64,000 nt of DNA from Candidatus Eiseniibacteriota bacterium. Lineage in GTDB: Bacteria; Eisenbacteria; RBG-16-71-46. A model generated the notes under the pieces. That model was given only the letters and a program-made list of their open reading frames with translations. It made no database searches and had not been told where the DNA came from. Positions 49,632 through 62,828 of this stretch are shown here, one piece after another (position 1 is the first letter of the stretch; each line of letters starts with the position of its first letter). Location: positions 1,856,001-1,920,000 of the forward strand of contig CAVQXP010000004.1 in assembly GCA_963717935.1 (NCBI GenBank), written 5' to 3'. The translations under genes were made by a program, and so were the position numbers.

Positions 49632-50981
49632 ATGACTTCACCGTTGATGATCAGTGTGGCCGGCGTGCGCGGCATCGTCGGGGATTCCCTGACTCCGCCG
49701 GTGGTGACGCGGTTCGCGGCGGCCTTCGCCCGCTCGCTCGGGACCGGTCCCGTGGTCGTAGGACGCGATGCGCGGCCTTCGGGCCCGGTCGTCCATCACG
49801 CCGTGGCCGCGGGGCTGCGCTCCGCGGGCCGGGAGGTCGTGGACCTCGGCCTCGCCACCACGCCCACGACCGAGATCGCCGTCGAGCGCTTGTGCGCGGC
49901 GGGCGGCGTGATCATCACGGCGAGCCACAACCCCGCACCCTGGAACGCGCTCAAGTTCCTCTCGGCGCGCGGCGAGTTCCTCGGACCGTCCGAGGGTGCT
50001 GCGGTGCGCGCGGCCTTCGAGGCGGACGCGGGCCTCTGGACGGACGCCGCCGGGCTGGGTGGCGAGCGCGCGGAGTCGGCTGCGCTCGACTGGCACCTCG
50101 AACGGGTGCTCGGGCTCGACGTCCTGGACGTCGCCGTCATCCGCGCCCGCGCTCTGAGCGTGGTGGTGGACGGTTGCTCGAGCGTGGGGGGCATCGCGGT
50201 TCCGCCGCTGCTGCGCGCGCTCGGGGTCCGCGTGACGGAACTGGATTGCGCGGCGGACGGCGATTTCCGTCGTGAGCTCGAACCACTCCCCGAGCATCTC
50301 GGTGGGCTGTCACGCGCGGTGGTCGAGTCCGGTGCCGACTTCGGTGTCGCGCTCGACCCCGACGGTGATCGCGCGGCGTTCGTGGACGCGGGTGGTACGC
50401 CGCTGGGCGAGGAGTTCACGCTCGCGCTCGGAGTGCAGGTCGTGCTGGCGCGGCGGCGCGGGCCGGTGGTGACAAACCTCTCCACCTCCCGTATAGTCGA
50501 TGCGGTCTGCACGCAGGCGGGTGTGGCTCTCCATCGTACGCCGGTGGGCGAGGCGCACGTGGTGGCCGGGATGCGAGCCTGCGGGGCGGTGGCGGGCGGG
50601 GAGGGCAACGGCGGCATGATCCTGCCGGCCGCTCACTATGGCCGCGACGGGCTCGTGGCCGTGGCGCTCGTGGCACAGGCGGTGGCCGCCGGGGGGATGA
50701 GCCTGCGCGCGCTGGCCGACGCGCTCCCGGCGCTCCACATGGTGAAGCGGAAGTTCCCGCGGACGGGTGGGGACTGGGAGGGCCCGTCCGGGAGGTTGCT
50801 GCGGCGCTTCGCCGGGTTTGCGGCGGACGAGGCTGACGGGCTGCGGTTCGCCCGCGGCGAGGAGTGGGTTCACGTGCGGCCCTCGGGCACCGAGCCGGTG
50901 GTCCGCATCATCGCGGAGGCGCCGGCAGAGGCCCGCGCGCTGGAGTTGATCGAGCAGGCGCGCGAGGCGTTGCAGGGGTAG
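49632..50981 (+). CDS. glmM: Phosphoglucosamine mutase / phosphomannomutase
   Basis: SVAGVRG, GRDAR, ITASHNP, DPDGDR, GEGNGG, RPSGTEP; adjacent to glmS. Confidence 0.85.
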   Translation: MTSPLMISVAGVRGIVGDSLTPPVVTRFAAAFARSLGTGPVVVGRDARPSGPVVHHAVAAGLRSAGREVVDLGLATTPTTEIAVERLCAAGGVIITASHNPAPWNALKFLSARGEFLGPSEGAAVRAAFEADAGLWTDAAGLGGERAESAALDWHLERVLGLDVLDVAVIRARALSVVVDGCSSVGGIAVPPLLRALGVRVTELDCAADGDFRRELEPLPEHLGGLSRAVVESGADFGVALDPDGDRAAFVDAGGTPLGEEFTLALGVQVVLARRRGPVVTNLSTSRIVDAVCTQAGVALHRTPVGEAHVVAGMRACGAVAGGEGNGGMILPAAHYGRDGLVAVALVAQAVAAGGMSLRALADALPALHMVKRKFPRTGGDWEGPSGRLLRRFAGFAADEADGLRFARGEEWVHVRPSGTEPVVRIIAEAPAEARALELIEQAREALQG

Positions 50982-50993
50982 GAGGGTCGTTCC

Positions 50994-52827
<1,834 letters not shown>

Positions 52828-52846
52828 GGCGGCGGCGGAGGAGCCC

Positions 52847-53248
52847 ATGAAGAGCCCGTTGAACGTCCCGGATGCGCCGGCCGCGATCGGTCCCTACAGC
52901 CAGGCCCAGGTCGTGCGCCTGCACGGTGGCAACCGGCTGGTCTACACCTCCGGCCAGCTCGGGCTGGACCCGGCGAGCGGGAAGCTGGTCGCGGGCGGTG
53001 TCGCGGGGCAGACCGAGCAGGCGCTGCGCAACCTCGCCGCGGTGCTGCGTGGCGCGGGGCTGACGCTCGCCGACGTGGTGAAGACCACGGTCTACCTCGC
53101 CGACATGGCGGAGTTCGCGGCCATGAACGAGATCTACGGTCGGCACTTCGCGAGCGATCCGCCCGCGCGGACCACGATCGCCGCCGCCGGCCTGCCGAAG
53201 GACGCCCGGGTCGAGATCGAAGCGGTGGCCGTGGGACGGGAACTCTGA
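52847..53248 (+). CDS. ridA: RidA/YjgF enamine-imine deaminase
   Basis: APAAIGPYSQA, TSGQLG, VVKTTVYL, PPART, LPKDARVEIE. Confidence 0.92.
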   Translation: MKSPLNVPDAPAAIGPYSQAQVVRLHGGNRLVYTSGQLGLDPASGKLVAGGVAGQTEQALRNLAAVLRGAGLTLADVVKTTVYLADMAEFAAMNEIYGRHFASDPPARTTIAAAGLPKDARVEIEAVAVGREL

Positions 53249-53255
53249 GCCGGTC

Positions 53256-54315
53256 GTGAGCGAGCGACGGCGCATCGAGGTGCGCCTCACCGCGCAGGTC
53301 GCCTGCTCGGGCTGAGCGTCCAAGCTGGGTCCGGCGGACCTGAGAGCGGTCTTGAGCGGGCTTCCGGCGCGGTGCGCGCGACCGGCGCGTGCTGGTGGAC
53401 GAGTCCACCCTCGACGACGCGGGCGTCTTCGCCTTCGGCCGGGGCACGGCGCTGGTGCAGACCGTGGACTTCTTCACGCCCGTGGTGGACGACCCCTACG
53501 ACTTCGGGCAGATCGCCGCGGCCAACGCCCTGTCGGACGTCTACGCGATGGGCGGGACGCCACTGACGGCGCTGGCGGTGCTGTGCGTGCCCGGGAAGCA
53601 GATCGGCCCGGAGGTGCTGCGCGCGATCCTGCGCGGCGGGCAGGACAAGATGCGCGAGGCGGGCGTGAGCATCCTGGGCGGTCACTCGGTGACCGACCCC
53701 GAGCTCAAGTTCGGCTACAGCGTGACGGGCGTGGTGCAGCGGCGCCGGTTGCTCTCGAATGCGGGCGCGCGCCCCGGGGACCGGCTCGTCCTGACGAAGC
53801 CGCTGGGAACGGGCGTGCTGGCCACGGCGCTCAAGCAGGGGCGGCTCGACCTGGCGCAGACGCGCCGCCTCACGCGCACGATGACCGCGCTCAACCGCAG
53901 TGCCGCGGAGGTGGCGGTCGAATTCGGCGCGCACGCGGCGACCGACGTCACGGGCTTCGGGTTCGTCGGCCACGCGGTGCAGCTGGCCGAGGCGAGCGGC
54001 GTGACCCTGCGCCTGCGTCCGGCCCGGCGCTGGTTCCTGCCCGGTACGCTCGAGCTGGCGGCGCAGGGTGCGGTGGCGGGGGGGCTGAACCGAAACCGCG
54101 AGTTCTACGCCCCGGCGGTGGGTGGCGACGCGCTGGCCGAGCCGCTGGCCCTCGCGCTGCACGACCCGCAGACCTCGGGCGGGTTGCTCATCGCCTGTTC
54201 GGCGCGGCGGGCGCCGGGGCTGCTCGTGGCGCTCAAGCGCCGCAGGGTCTGGGCGATGGTGGTGGGCGAGGCGCTGCCACGCGGAACGCGCGCACTCGAG
54301 CTGGTCGCGCCCTGA
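53256..54315 (+). CDS. selD: Selenide, water dikinase with in-frame UGA (Sec) at 53313-53315; frameshift ~53375
   Basis: RLTAQVACSG-U-ASKLGPADL, DDAGV, QTVDFFTP, AANALSDVYAMGG, GGHS, TDVTGFG, DPQTSGGLL. Confidence 0.93.
53324..53347 (+). promoter_or_regulatory. Putative bacterial SECIS hairpin of selD
   Basis: GCT-GGGTCC-GGC-GGACCT-gag-AGC; G-starting apical loop 17 nt after the UGA. Confidence 0.65.
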
Positions 54316-54456
54316 GGGCGCCGGGGCCGCGCGCGCTGGGCGCCAGGGCGCTGCGGTGGATCGCGCCGCCGAAGGTTGGCGCGGAGGGTCGGCTCTCTGG
54401 TAAGAGTGTGAGGATGGACTTCAGGCGAGCGGGCCCCGGTGGGCGTAAAGCAGTGC

Positions 54457-54554
54457 GGGAACGAATGGGATCTGGTGGTCCCCGGGGACTTCAAATCCCG
54501 CGGTCGGGCGTTAAGAGCGTCCGAGGTGGGTTCGATTCCCACGCGTTCCCGCCA
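54457..54554 (+). tRNA. selC: tRNA-Sec (UCA)
   Basis: 98 nt; acceptor GGGAACG/CGTTCCC-GCCA, anticodon CT-TCA-AA (54491-93), long variable arm, GTGGG-TTCGATT-CCCAC. Confidence 0.93.
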
Positions 54555-54587
54555 TCCCGACGACGGGCCGGCTGGCTCGCCATCGGG

Positions 54588-55226
54588 ATGGCGGTGGGGC
54601 TGGCCGTGGGCGCCGGGGCGGGCGTGGCTCGAGCGATGGCGCCCGCGGAGCCGGCCTTGACGCCGGTGGTGGCGGACTCGAGCACGGGGATGCTCCCGGG
54701 CGCGAGGGAGCCGGGTGCGGTGCCCTCGGACAACGCGGGGCGAGGGCTGCAGCTCGAGCGCCGGGCGGACACTGCTGTCGACACGGTGCGGGTCCGCGTG
54801 CGGCGCGGCCGCTTCGAGACCCCGCGCTGGGTCATGCTGCGATCGCTGGCCTTCCCGGGCTGGGGGCAGCTCCACAACGGTTCGTGGCTCAAGGCAGCGG
54901 TGTTGGGGGGCGGCGAGATCTGGCTGCTTGCCGGGATGGTGGAGGATGATCGGCGCATCCGGCAGCTGAGGGCCGAGGCGGACCTGGCGATGGCAGAGGC
55001 AGACAACGAGCGGTACAACACCGCGGTCGACGCGTACAACAGCCGGCTCGAACGGCTCATCTCGCGCCAGTGGCTGCTGGGGGGCCTGCTGGTCTACGCG
55101 CTGACGGACGCCTACGTGGACGCGCACTTCAGGGACTTCAAGGTGGAGTTCGAGTTCGACCCGGCGCTCAAGGGCGGGAAGCCGCCGGCCGGCCAGACGC
55201 GGCTCTCCCTGCGGTGGGACTTTTGA
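54588..55226 (+). CDS. DUF5683-like membrane/exported protein (start uncertain)
   Basis: [32 protein letters not shown]-terminal LRWDF. Confidence 0.7.
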   Translation: MAVGLAVGAGAGVARAMAPAEPALTPVVADSSTGMLPGAREPGAVPSDNAGRGLQLERRADTAVDTVRVRVRRGRFETPRWVMLRSLAFPGWGQLHNGSWLKAAVLGGGEIWLLAGMVEDDRRIRQLRAEADLAMAEADNERYNTAVDAYNSRLERLISRQWLLGGLLVYALTDAYVDAHFRDFKVEFEFDPALKGGKPPAGQTRLSLRWDF

Positions 55227-57031
55227 GCGACCCGCGCCTGAGCCGCATCCGCAACTTCTGCATCATCGCCCACATCGACCACGGCAAGAGCACGCTGGCC
55301 GACCGGCTGCTGGAGCTCACGCACACGCTCACGCCCCAGCAGATGAAGGCGCAGGTCCTGGACGACATGGATCTCGAGCGCGAGAAGGGCATCACCATCA
55401 AGTCGCACGCCATCGCCATGGAGTACACGGCCCGCGACGGCGTGACCTACGAGCTGAACCTGATCGACACGCCCGGGCACGTGGACTTCACGTACGAGGT
55501 GTCGCGCAGCCTGGCGGCCTGCGAGGGCGCGATCCTGGTGGTGGACGCCTCGCAGGGCATCGAGGCGCAGACCCTCTCGAACTACCTCCTCGCGCGCGAG
55601 CAGAACCTGGCGCTGACCGCGGCCATCAACAAGGTGGACCTGCCGGCGGCGCGTCCGGACGACGTGGCGCTCGAGATCGAGCACGCGACCGGCCTGCCGG
55701 CCGAGCACGTGGCGCGCATCAGCGCCAAGACGGGGCTGGGTGTGCCCGCCCTGCTGGAGCAACTCATCCAGGACATCCCGCCGCCTGCGGGCGACCCCGA
55801 TGCACCGCTGCGGGCCCTGATCTTCGATTCGCGCTTCGACCAGTACCGCGGCGTGGTCGCGCTGGTCCGGGTCGTGGACGGCCAGGTGCGCGCCGGCGAC
55901 GCCATCGTCTTCCTCTCGACGGGCAAGCGCCACGAGGTGACCGAGGTCGGCCACCTGCGTCTGAAGCTCGAGCCCGCGGAAGTCCTGGGCACGGGCGACG
56001 TGGGTTACGTCGTCGCCGGGGTGAAGACCGTGGCGGACGCGCGCGTCGGCGACACGCTGGGCGCGGCGGACGCGCCGGGTCTGGAGGCGCTGCCGGGGTT
56101 CCGCGACGTGAAATCGATGGTGTTCTCGGGGCTCTATCCGATCGAGTCGGAGGGGTACGAGTCCCTCAAGGAGGCGCTGGCGAAGTTCGCGTTGAACGAT
56201 GCGGCGCTGGTCTACGAGCCCGAGACCTCGGTCGCGCTGGGCTTCGGCTTCCGCTGCGGCTTCCTCGGCCTGCTCCACATGGAGATCGTCCAGGAGCGCC
56301 TGCGCCGGGAGCACCAGCTCGACCTCATCGCCACGACTCCGAGCGTCGAGTACCATGTGCTGCTCGAGAGCGGCGAGCAGTTGAAGGTGGACAACCCGAG
56401 CCAGATGCCGCCCGCGGGGGACATCGTGGTCGTGGAAGAGCCGTACGTGCTGTCGCATGTGCTCACGCCCGCCGAGTACCTGGGCGCCGTGATGAAGCTG
56501 TGCCAGGACCGGCGGGGGGTCTTCGTGAGCCTGGACTACCTGGAGGAGCAAAGGGCACGCGTAGCGTACCGGCTGCCGCTGGCGGAGATCGTGCTCGACT
56601 TCTACGACCGCCTGAAGAGCGTCTCGCGCGGGTACGCGTCGCTGGACTACGAGTTCGAGGGCTGGCACGAAGGGGACGTCGTGAAGCTGGACATCCTGCT
56701 GAACGGTGACCGCGTGGACGCGCTCTCGGCCATCGTGCACCGGGACAAGGCCTACGAGTGGGGGCGGGACATCTGCGCGAAGCTCAAGGAGCTCATCCCC
56801 CGCCAGATGTTCCAGGTCGCCATCCAGGCGGCGCTGGGGGGCAAGGTGATCTCTCGCGAGACGGTCGGCGCGCTGCGTAAGAACGTCACGGCGAAGTGTT
56901 ACGGTGGCGACATCACCCGCAAGCGCAAGCTGCTCGAGAAACAGAAGGAAGGCAAGCGCCGTATGAAGCAGATCGGCACGGTCGAAGTACCTCAGGAGGC
57001 CTTCCTGGCGGTGCTGAAGGTCGAACGATAG
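55223..57031 (+). CDS. lepA: Elongation factor 4
   Basis: [49 protein letters not shown]. Confidence 0.97.
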   Translation: MSDPRLSRIRNFCIIAHIDHGKSTLADRLLELTHTLTPQQMKAQVLDDMDLEREKGITIKSHAIAMEYTARDGVTYELNLIDTPGHVDFTYEVSRSLAACEGAILVVDASQGIEAQTLSNYLLAREQNLALTAAINKVDLPAARPDDVALEIEHATGLPAEHVARISAKTGLGVPALLEQLIQDIPPPAGDPDAPLRALIFDSRFDQYRGVVALVRVVDGQVRAGDAIVFLSTGKRHEVTEVGHLRLKLEPAEVLGTGDVGYVVAGVKTVADARVGDTLGAADAPGLEALPGFRDVKSMVFSGLYPIESEGYESLKEALAKFALNDAALVYEPETSVALGFGFRCGFLGLLHMEIVQERLRREHQLDLIATTPSVEYHVLLESGEQLKVDNPSQMPPAGDIVVVEEPYVLSHVLTPAEYLGAVMKLCQDRRGVFVSLDYLEEQRARVAYRLPLAEIVLDFYDRLKSVSRGYASLDYEFEGWHEGDVVKLDILLNGDRVDALSAIVHRDKAYEWGRDICAKLKELIPRQMFQVAIQAALGGKVISRETVGALRKNVTAKCYGGDITRKRKLLEKQKEGKRRMKQIGTVEVPQEAFLAVLKVER

Positions 57032-57039
57032 GGGGAGGC

Positions 57040-57693
57040 ATGGCGGGGAAGAAGCGTTCCATCGTCCGCGAGTACGTCGAGGCCGCGCTGTGGGCACTGG
57101 TGCTCACGTTCCTGCTGCGCGCGTTCGTCATCCAGGCGTTTCGCATCCCGTCCGAGTCCATGGTCCCCACGCTGCTCAAGGGGGACTTCCTGTTCGTGAA
57201 CAAGTTCGAGTACGGGCCCAAGATCCCCTTCACCCACGTCCGCCTGCCCGGCCTGCGCGGGCCCCGCACGGGAGACGTCATCGTCTTCCAGTTCCCGGCC
57301 AATCCAAGCCTGGACTACATCAAGCGCTGCGTCGCGACCGGCGGGCAGACGGTGGAGGTCCGGGACAAGGTGGTCTACGTGGACGGGGTGCCCTCTCTTG
57401 CGGCCGACCGCTACGCGTACCACATGGACCCGGGCATCTCGTGCGGGGGCCAGATCGGGCCCTTCCCGGAGGACGTGGGGCTGCAGACCTGCCGGGACAA
57501 TTTCGGGCCGTTCCGCGTGCCGCCCGGGCGTCTGTTCATGATGGGCGACAACCGCGAGAACTCGAACGACAGTCGCTTCTGGGGCACCGTGCCGATGGAC
57601 TACGTGAAGGGCCGCGCCATGTTCATCTACTGGTCCTGGGATGGCGCGCGCTTCCAGCCCCGCTGGGAGCGTCTGCTGCGCATCCTGCACTAG
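57040..57693 (+). CDS. lepB: Signal peptidase I
   Basis: IPSESMVPTL, DYIKRC, MGDNRENSNDSRFWG. Confidence 0.95.
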   Translation: MAGKKRSIVREYVEAALWALVLTFLLRAFVIQAFRIPSESMVPTLLKGDFLFVNKFEYGPKIPFTHVRLPGLRGPRTGDVIVFQFPANPSLDYIKRCVATGGQTVEVRDKVVYVDGVPSLAADRYAYHMDPGISCGGQIGPFPEDVGLQTCRDNFGPFRVPPGRLFMMGDNRENSNDSRFWGTVPMDYVKGRAMFIYWSWDGARFQPRWERLLRILH

Positions 57694-57703
57694 CGCGGCG
57701 GCG

Positions 57704-58992
57704 ATGATCGCGCGCAGCGGCGAGGGGCCCGGCGTGGCCGCACGCGAAGCCGCGCGCGCGGGGCTCTACGTGCACGTGCCGTTCTGCGCGGCGCGCTGCG
57801 CCTACTGCGACTTCTCGAGCGGCCTCTTCTCGGTCGCGGGCGCGGAACGCTGGCTGGCGGGCCTGGAGCGCGAGGTGGGGCAGCGCGCACCGGCGGCGGC
57901 CGGGCTGGCCTTCAGTTCGGTGTTCCTGGGCGGCGGGACGCCCTCGACGCTGGCTCCGGAGCAGGTCGGGCGGCTGTTCCGGGCGTTGCACGGCGGTTTC
58001 GCCATCGCGCCGGACGCGGAGATCACGCTCGAGGCGAACCCGGAGTCGGTGGGGGCGCGGCGGCTTGCCGCCTGGCGGGAGGCGGGCGTGAACCGGCTCT
58101 CGGTCGGGGCGCAGAGCTTTCACGCCGACGAGCTGGCGCGTCTCGGTCGCATCCACCCGGTGGGGCGCCCCGCCGAGGCGTTCGCCCTGGCCCGGGCGCA
58201 CGGCTTCCGGCGGCTCTCGCTCGACCTCATGTTCGGCTTCCCGGGGCAGACGCTCGAGCGCTGGGAGGCGAGCCTGGAGCGCGCGCTCGAACTGGAACCC
58301 GAGCACGTTTCCGCGTACGCGCTCAGCCCCGAGCCGGGCACGCAGCTGGGCGACGCGGTGCTGACGGGCGCGGCCGCGGTGCCGTCGGACGAGGAGCAGG
58401 CGGAGGCCTACCGGTTCTTCCTGGAGCGCGCCGCCCGGGCGGGTCTGGGGAGTCTACGAGACGTCGAACGTGTGCCGGCCCGGTGCCGAGGCGCGTCACA
58501 ACCTGGTCTACTGGCTGCGGCGGCCGTATCTCGGGCTCGGGCCGTCGGCGCACGGCCTGCTGGGTGGCGCGCGTTACGGGAATCTCCGGGACTTCGAACG
58601 CTGGGCAGTGGCGCTCGCGTCGGGTGGCTCGCCCGAGGCGGAGCGCGAGGCGGAGAGCGCGGCCGCTGCAGCGCGCGAGGTGCTTCTGCTGGGCCTGCGC
58701 CTCACGACGGGTGTGCGCCGGGGCGACTACGAGCCGGGGTTGTGGGAGGCCGTGGCGCGGCGCTACGGGGCCGCGCTGGAGGATGCCGCCGCGACCGGGC
58801 GGCTGCGCGCGACCGCGGACGGCTTCGCGATCCCGCAGCGCGCTGCGCTACCTCGCCGACGACGCGCTTGCGTGGATCGAGGCGCGCGCGGAGGCGCACG
58901 GATTTGACAGTGACTCCGCGCACTCCGTACCTTCGCTGCCATGTCCCAGCCCGCCGTCATCGGCAACCGGAGCGGCTCCGACCCGGACCTGA
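57704..58992 (+). CDS. hemW: Radical-SAM heme chaperone HemW; frameshifted, 3' end uncertain
   Basis: LYVHVPFCAARCAYCDF, GGGTPS, EANP, NRLSVGAQSF, HNLVYW, YLGLGPSAH. Confidence 0.9.
58904..58933 (+). promoter_or_regulatory. sigma70-like promoter of hrcA (leaderless geometry)
   Basis: TTGACA-N18-TACCTT-7 nt-ATG(58941). Confidence 0.6.
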
Positions 58993-59982
58993 ACGCCCGT
59001 CTGCTGCGAGGTGTTCTCGGCGCTGGTCCAGGTGCACCGCGAAACCGCTCATCCGGTGGGGGCCGAGACCCTGGCACACCGGTCCAGGATCCGGCTCTCG
59101 CCGGCCAGCATCCGCCACACGCTGGCGGAGCTGGAGGCACTCGGGCTGCTCGAGCAGCGGCACGCCTCCGCCGGCCGGGTGCCGACCTCGCGCGGTGTCG
59201 ATCTCTACGTGCGTACGCTGCTCGCACCCGCGTTGCTGCCGCCCGAGATGGTCGCGGAGATCGAGCGGACGCTGACGCGTTCGACGCGCGACATCCAGCA
59301 GCTGCTCAGCGAAGCCTCGCGCCTGCTCTCGACGCTGACGCGCCAGCTCGGGCTCGCCGTGGCGGCCCTGCTGGACGACGAGCCCGTGCGAGAGCTCGAG
59401 CTGGCCCCGCTGGACCCGCGACGCAGCCTGATGGTGCTGAACCTCGGGGGTGGCAACGTGCGGACGCTGGTGCTCGAACTGGAGGGGCCGCTCCAGCTCG
59501 AGGAGCTGCAGGAGGTGGCCGCGGTGCTCCGCGAGCAGCTGGCGGGGCGCCCGCTCTCCGAGGTGCGCGAGCGGCTCGCCACGGACGCCGATCTGGCGCG
59601 GTACTCCGCCGTGCGGGTCGTGGCGCGTGCCGCGATGGCGGGCTGGAGCCGGCCGGTCTCCACGCCGCTCTTCGCCTCGGGTGCGATGCACATCGCCGAG
59701 CTCCCGGAATTCGCGGACGCGACGCGGCTGGGCTCGGTGCTGCGCTCGGTCGAGTCGGGCACTCCCCTGGACCGGCTCATGGTGAGGAGCGTGGAAGGCC
59801 AGGTGGCCGTGCGGGCCGGGGTGGACGAGGACCGCGCTCTGGCGGGCTGCAGCCTGGTGAGCTACGCGCTGCCAGGCTCCGTGCGCGGCGCGGTGGGCGT
59901 GCTGGGGCCGCTGCGCATGGACTACGCGCGCACGCTCGCGGTGGTGGACGCGGTGGGCAGCCGGCTCGCGGATCTGCTGTGA
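58941..59982 (+). CDS. hrcA: Heat-inducible transcription repressor; frameshift ~59003
   Basis: PVGAETL, SPASIR, HASAGRVPT, PEF, GVLGPLRMDY. Confidence 0.92.
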
Positions 59983-60013
59983 GGCGGCGCTGCCCGCGAA
60001 GGGGATCCCGGAC

Positions 60014-60622
60014 GTGAGCGAGGAACGCAAGGGCAGGCGCACCCCGCCGGCGGACGACCCGGCGGAAGGGGGTGCCGGGGCGACCCCGGCCGGCTTCGGG
60101 ACTTCCGGGGCGGACGCCGCGGCCGCGGGGGAGGCGCGCCCGGCCGAACCGGCGGGGGCGGGGCCAGTGGACGCGGCGGAGGACGCTGCCGTGCTCAGGG
60201 ACCGCTGGCTGCGGGCGGAGGCGGAGTTGCAGAACTTCCGGCGCCGCGCGGCGCGCGATCGCGAGGAGACACGCCGGAGCGCCGAGGAGGGCGTGATGCT
60301 CGAGGTCATCGCGGCCCTCGACGATCTCGAGCGCGCTCTGGCGACGGTGCCCGAATCGGGTTCGCCGGAGCCGTGGGCCGAGGGTGTCCGCCTGGTGGCG
60401 GGCCGGCTGGTGGAGTACCTCGGGCGTCAGGGCGTGGTGGCGCTGGATCCGGTGGGGCGGCCGTTCGACCCGGTCTTCCAGGAGGCCGTGCTCGAGACGG
60501 TGGTCCCGGGGGCGGCGCCCGGCCACGTGACGCAGGTTCTGCTGAAGGGCTGGCGACGCGGGGCGCGGGCACTGCGCGCCGCGCGCGTGGTGGTGGCGCG
60601 GGCGCCGGATGGGGAAGCCTGA
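60014..60622 (+). CDS. grpE: Nucleotide exchange factor GrpE
   Basis: [38 protein letters not shown]. Confidence 0.93.
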   Translation: MSEERKGRRTPPADDPAEGGAGATPAGFGTSGADAAAAGEARPAEPAGAGPVDAAEDAAVLRDRWLRAEAELQNFRRRAARDREETRRSAEEGVMLEVIAALDDLERALATVPESGSPEPWAEGVRLVAGRLVEYLGRQGVVALDPVGRPFDPVFQEAVLETVVPGAAPGHVTQVLLKGWRRGARALRAARVVVARAPDGEA

Positions 60623-61767
60623 TGGCCCGGCGCGACTACTACGAGGTGCTCGGAGTCCCGCGCGGGGCGAGCGAGGACGACGTCAAGAAGGCCTACCGCA
60701 AGATCGCCTTCGAAAGCCACCCGGATCGGAACCCCGGCGACAAGGATGCCGAGCGGCGCTTCAAGGAGGCCACCGAGGCGTACGAGGTGCTGCGCGACGC
60801 GGAGAAGCGCGCCCGCTACGACCAGTTCGGGCACGCAGCCCCGGGCGGCGCCGGCCCGCAGGGCTTCGACGTCAGCGGCTTCGACCTGGCCGATGCGTTG
60901 CGCGCCTTCATGAACGAGTTCGGCGGCGACATGGGTGGCTTCGGGGATCTGTTCGGTGGGGGCGCGGCGCGCGGAGGCGCGCGGCTTCGGCGCGGCGACG
61001 ACCTGCAGGTCCGGGTGCGCCTCACCCTGGAGGAGGTCTCCACCGGCGTCGAGAAGAAGATCCGGGTGAAGCACCTGCGGTCCTGCGCCGCCTGCCAGGG
61101 GCGCGGGGGAACGGGCGAGGGCGCCTGTGCCCAGTGCCAGGGCCGCGGGCAGGTGAGGCGCGTGCAGCAGTCCATCTTCGGGCAGTTCGTGAACGTCTCG
61201 ACGTGTCCGCAGTGCGGAGGCGCGGGACAGGTGGTGCGCGAGCGCTGCCGGGAGTGCAAGGGCGAGGGGCGTGTCTCGGAGTCCGACACGATTGCCGTGA
61301 AGGTGCCGCGCGGGGTCGCAAGCGGGAACTTCATCCCGCTGCGCGGCATGGGCGACGCTGGTCCGCGAGGGGGCCCCGCGGGTGACCTCATCGTGCTCAT
61401 CGAGGAGAAGCCTCATGCGGTCTTCGTCCGGGACGGTGAAGACCTGCACGTGGACCTGCCGGTCGGGTTCGCGACGGCTGCCCTGGGCGGGAAGGTCGAG
61501 ACGCCGCTCATCGATGGCACGAAGGCCTCGCTGAGCGTGGCGCCGGGCACGCCGACGGGCCACGTGCTCCGCCTGCGCGGCAAGGGGCTCGCTTCGTTGC
61601 GGGGCGGATCGGGCGACCTCCTGGTGCGCCTGGTCGTGTGGGTGCCGGAGCGCGTGAGCGGTGAGGAGCGTCGCCTGCTCGAACAACTGGCGCACTCGGA
61701 GGGTTTCAAGCCGCCCGGCCCTTCGAGGAGCCTCTTCGAGCGCGTCAAAGGCGCCTTTGGCGGCTGA
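60622..61767 (+). CDS. dnaJ: Chaperone DnaJ
   Basis: J-domain HPDRN, G/F-rich linker, four CxxCxGxG motifs. Confidence 0.96.
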   Translation: MARRDYYEVLGVPRGASEDDVKKAYRKIAFESHPDRNPGDKDAERRFKEATEAYEVLRDAEKRARYDQFGHAAPGGAGPQGFDVSGFDLADALRAFMNEFGGDMGGFGDLFGGGAARGGARLRRGDDLQVRVRLTLEEVSTGVEKKIRVKHLRSCAACQGRGGTGEGACAQCQGRGQVRRVQQSIFGQFVNVSTCPQCGGAGQVVRERCRECKGEGRVSESDTIAVKVPRGVASGNFIPLRGMGDAGPRGGPAGDLIVLIEEKPHAVFVRDGEDLHVDLPVGFATAALGGKVETPLIDGTKASLSVAPGTPTGHVLRLRGKGLASLRGGSGDLLVRLVVWVPERVSGEERRLLEQLAHSEGFKPPGPSRSLFERVKGAFGG

Positions 61768-62476
61768 CGCGGCGCCAGCGCTGCTCTATCTGCCCGGGCT
61801 TCCGGAGCCCGGGTCGCGCCTCGAGCTTGCGGCGGCCGACGCCCACTACGTGGCGCGCGTCTGCCGGGCGCGCGTGGGGGAGCGCGTGGAGGCCACCGAC
61901 GGACAGGGCGCGCGGGCGACACTGCGACTGATCGAACTGCGCCAGGGCGTGGTGGTGGAGATCGAGGCGGTCACGCGCGAACCGGCCCGGCGACGTTCCT
62001 GGGTGCTGTGCGGGGCGCCCGAGGGCGAGCGGGCGGACTGGCTGGTGGAGAAGCTGGCGGAACTTGGGATCGGGCGCTTCCTGCCGGTGGACACCGCGCG
62101 TGGGCGCTGGAGGACGGCTTCGGGGCGGCGGGCGCGATGGGAACGCCTGGCCATCGCGGCGCTGCGTCAGTCGAGGCGGCTGCACCTGATGGCCGTCGAA
62201 GAGCCGGTGCCCCTGCGGGAGGCGCTGTCCTCGCTGCCGCCGGGAGGCAGCCGCTGGGTGGCCGACGCGTCCGGGGCTGCTGCCGGACACGGCCAGATTC
62301 CCCCCGGTGGAGAGCCGGGGATCGGGCTCGTGGGGCCGTCCGGGGGGTTGGACGATGGGGAGCGGCAGGCGGCATTTATCGCCGGTTTCCAGCCTTTGCG
62401 GCTCTCGGACGCCCGCCTCAGGACCGAGACCGCGGCCCTTGCCTGGGCCGTCTGGTGGTCGGGCGGGGGGGGCTGA
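61757..62476 (+). CDS. rsmE: 16S rRNA m3U1498 methyltransferase
   Basis: [34 protein letters not shown]. Confidence 0.88.
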   Translation: MAADAAPALLYLPGLPEPGSRLELAAADAHYVARVCRARVGERVEATDGQGARATLRLIELRQGVVVEIEAVTREPARRRSWVLCGAPEGERADWLVEKLAELGIGRFLPVDTARGRWRTASGRRARWERLAIAALRQSRRLHLMAVEEPVPLREALSSLPPGGSRWVADASGAAAGHGQIPPGGEPGIGLVGPSGGLDDGERQAAFIAGFQPLRLSDARLRTETAALAWAVWWSGGGG

Positions 62477-62501
62477 CGGCCTTTCTCTGGCCAGGCCTGC
62501 C

Positions 62502-62530
62502 TTGACGGTTGGTGCGAGCGGTCATAGACT
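62502..62530 (+). promoter_or_regulatory. sigma70-like promoter of rpsU
   Basis: TTGACG-N17-TAGACT. Confidence 0.65.
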
Positions 62531-62628
62531 CAGAATGCTCGTTCACGCCCAGGTCGTTCCCCGAGGGGCGTCCTCAAGGAAGTTCTTCAATTGAATCAAT
62601 CTAAACTGGGCAGAGAGGGGGGGATGGA

Positions 62629-62823
62629 TTGCCCGGAATCAGGGTGAAGGACGGTGAGTCCTTCGAGAGTGCCCTGCGTCGTTTCAAGAAGAAGTGTGAG
62701 AAGGCTGGGATCATGGCTGACCTGCGCCGTCATCAGCACTTCGAGAAGCCGAGTGAGCGGCGCAAGCGTAAGCTGAACGCGGCCAGGCGCAAGAACTTGG
62801 CTCGCCGTCAGCAGGAGATCTGA
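62629..62823 (+). CDS. rpsU: 30S ribosomal protein S21
   Basis: [18 protein letters not shown]...[14 protein letters not shown] start. Confidence 0.96.
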   Translation: MPGIRVKDGESFESALRRFKKKCEKAGIMADLRRHQHFEKPSERRKRKLNAARRKNLARRQQEI

Positions 62824-62828
62824 AGAGC

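Noticed and set aside
53352..55226. 624-aa ORF spanning selD, selC and the DUF5683-like gene
   Set aside because: Its first two thirds are an off-frame reading of selD. Only the 3' part is a credible protein (see the tRNA-Sec overlap finding).
58917..58943. Canonical CIRCE operator
   Set aside because: Only the GCACTC core of the left arm matches; the right arm does not fit GAGTGCTAA at N9 spacing.
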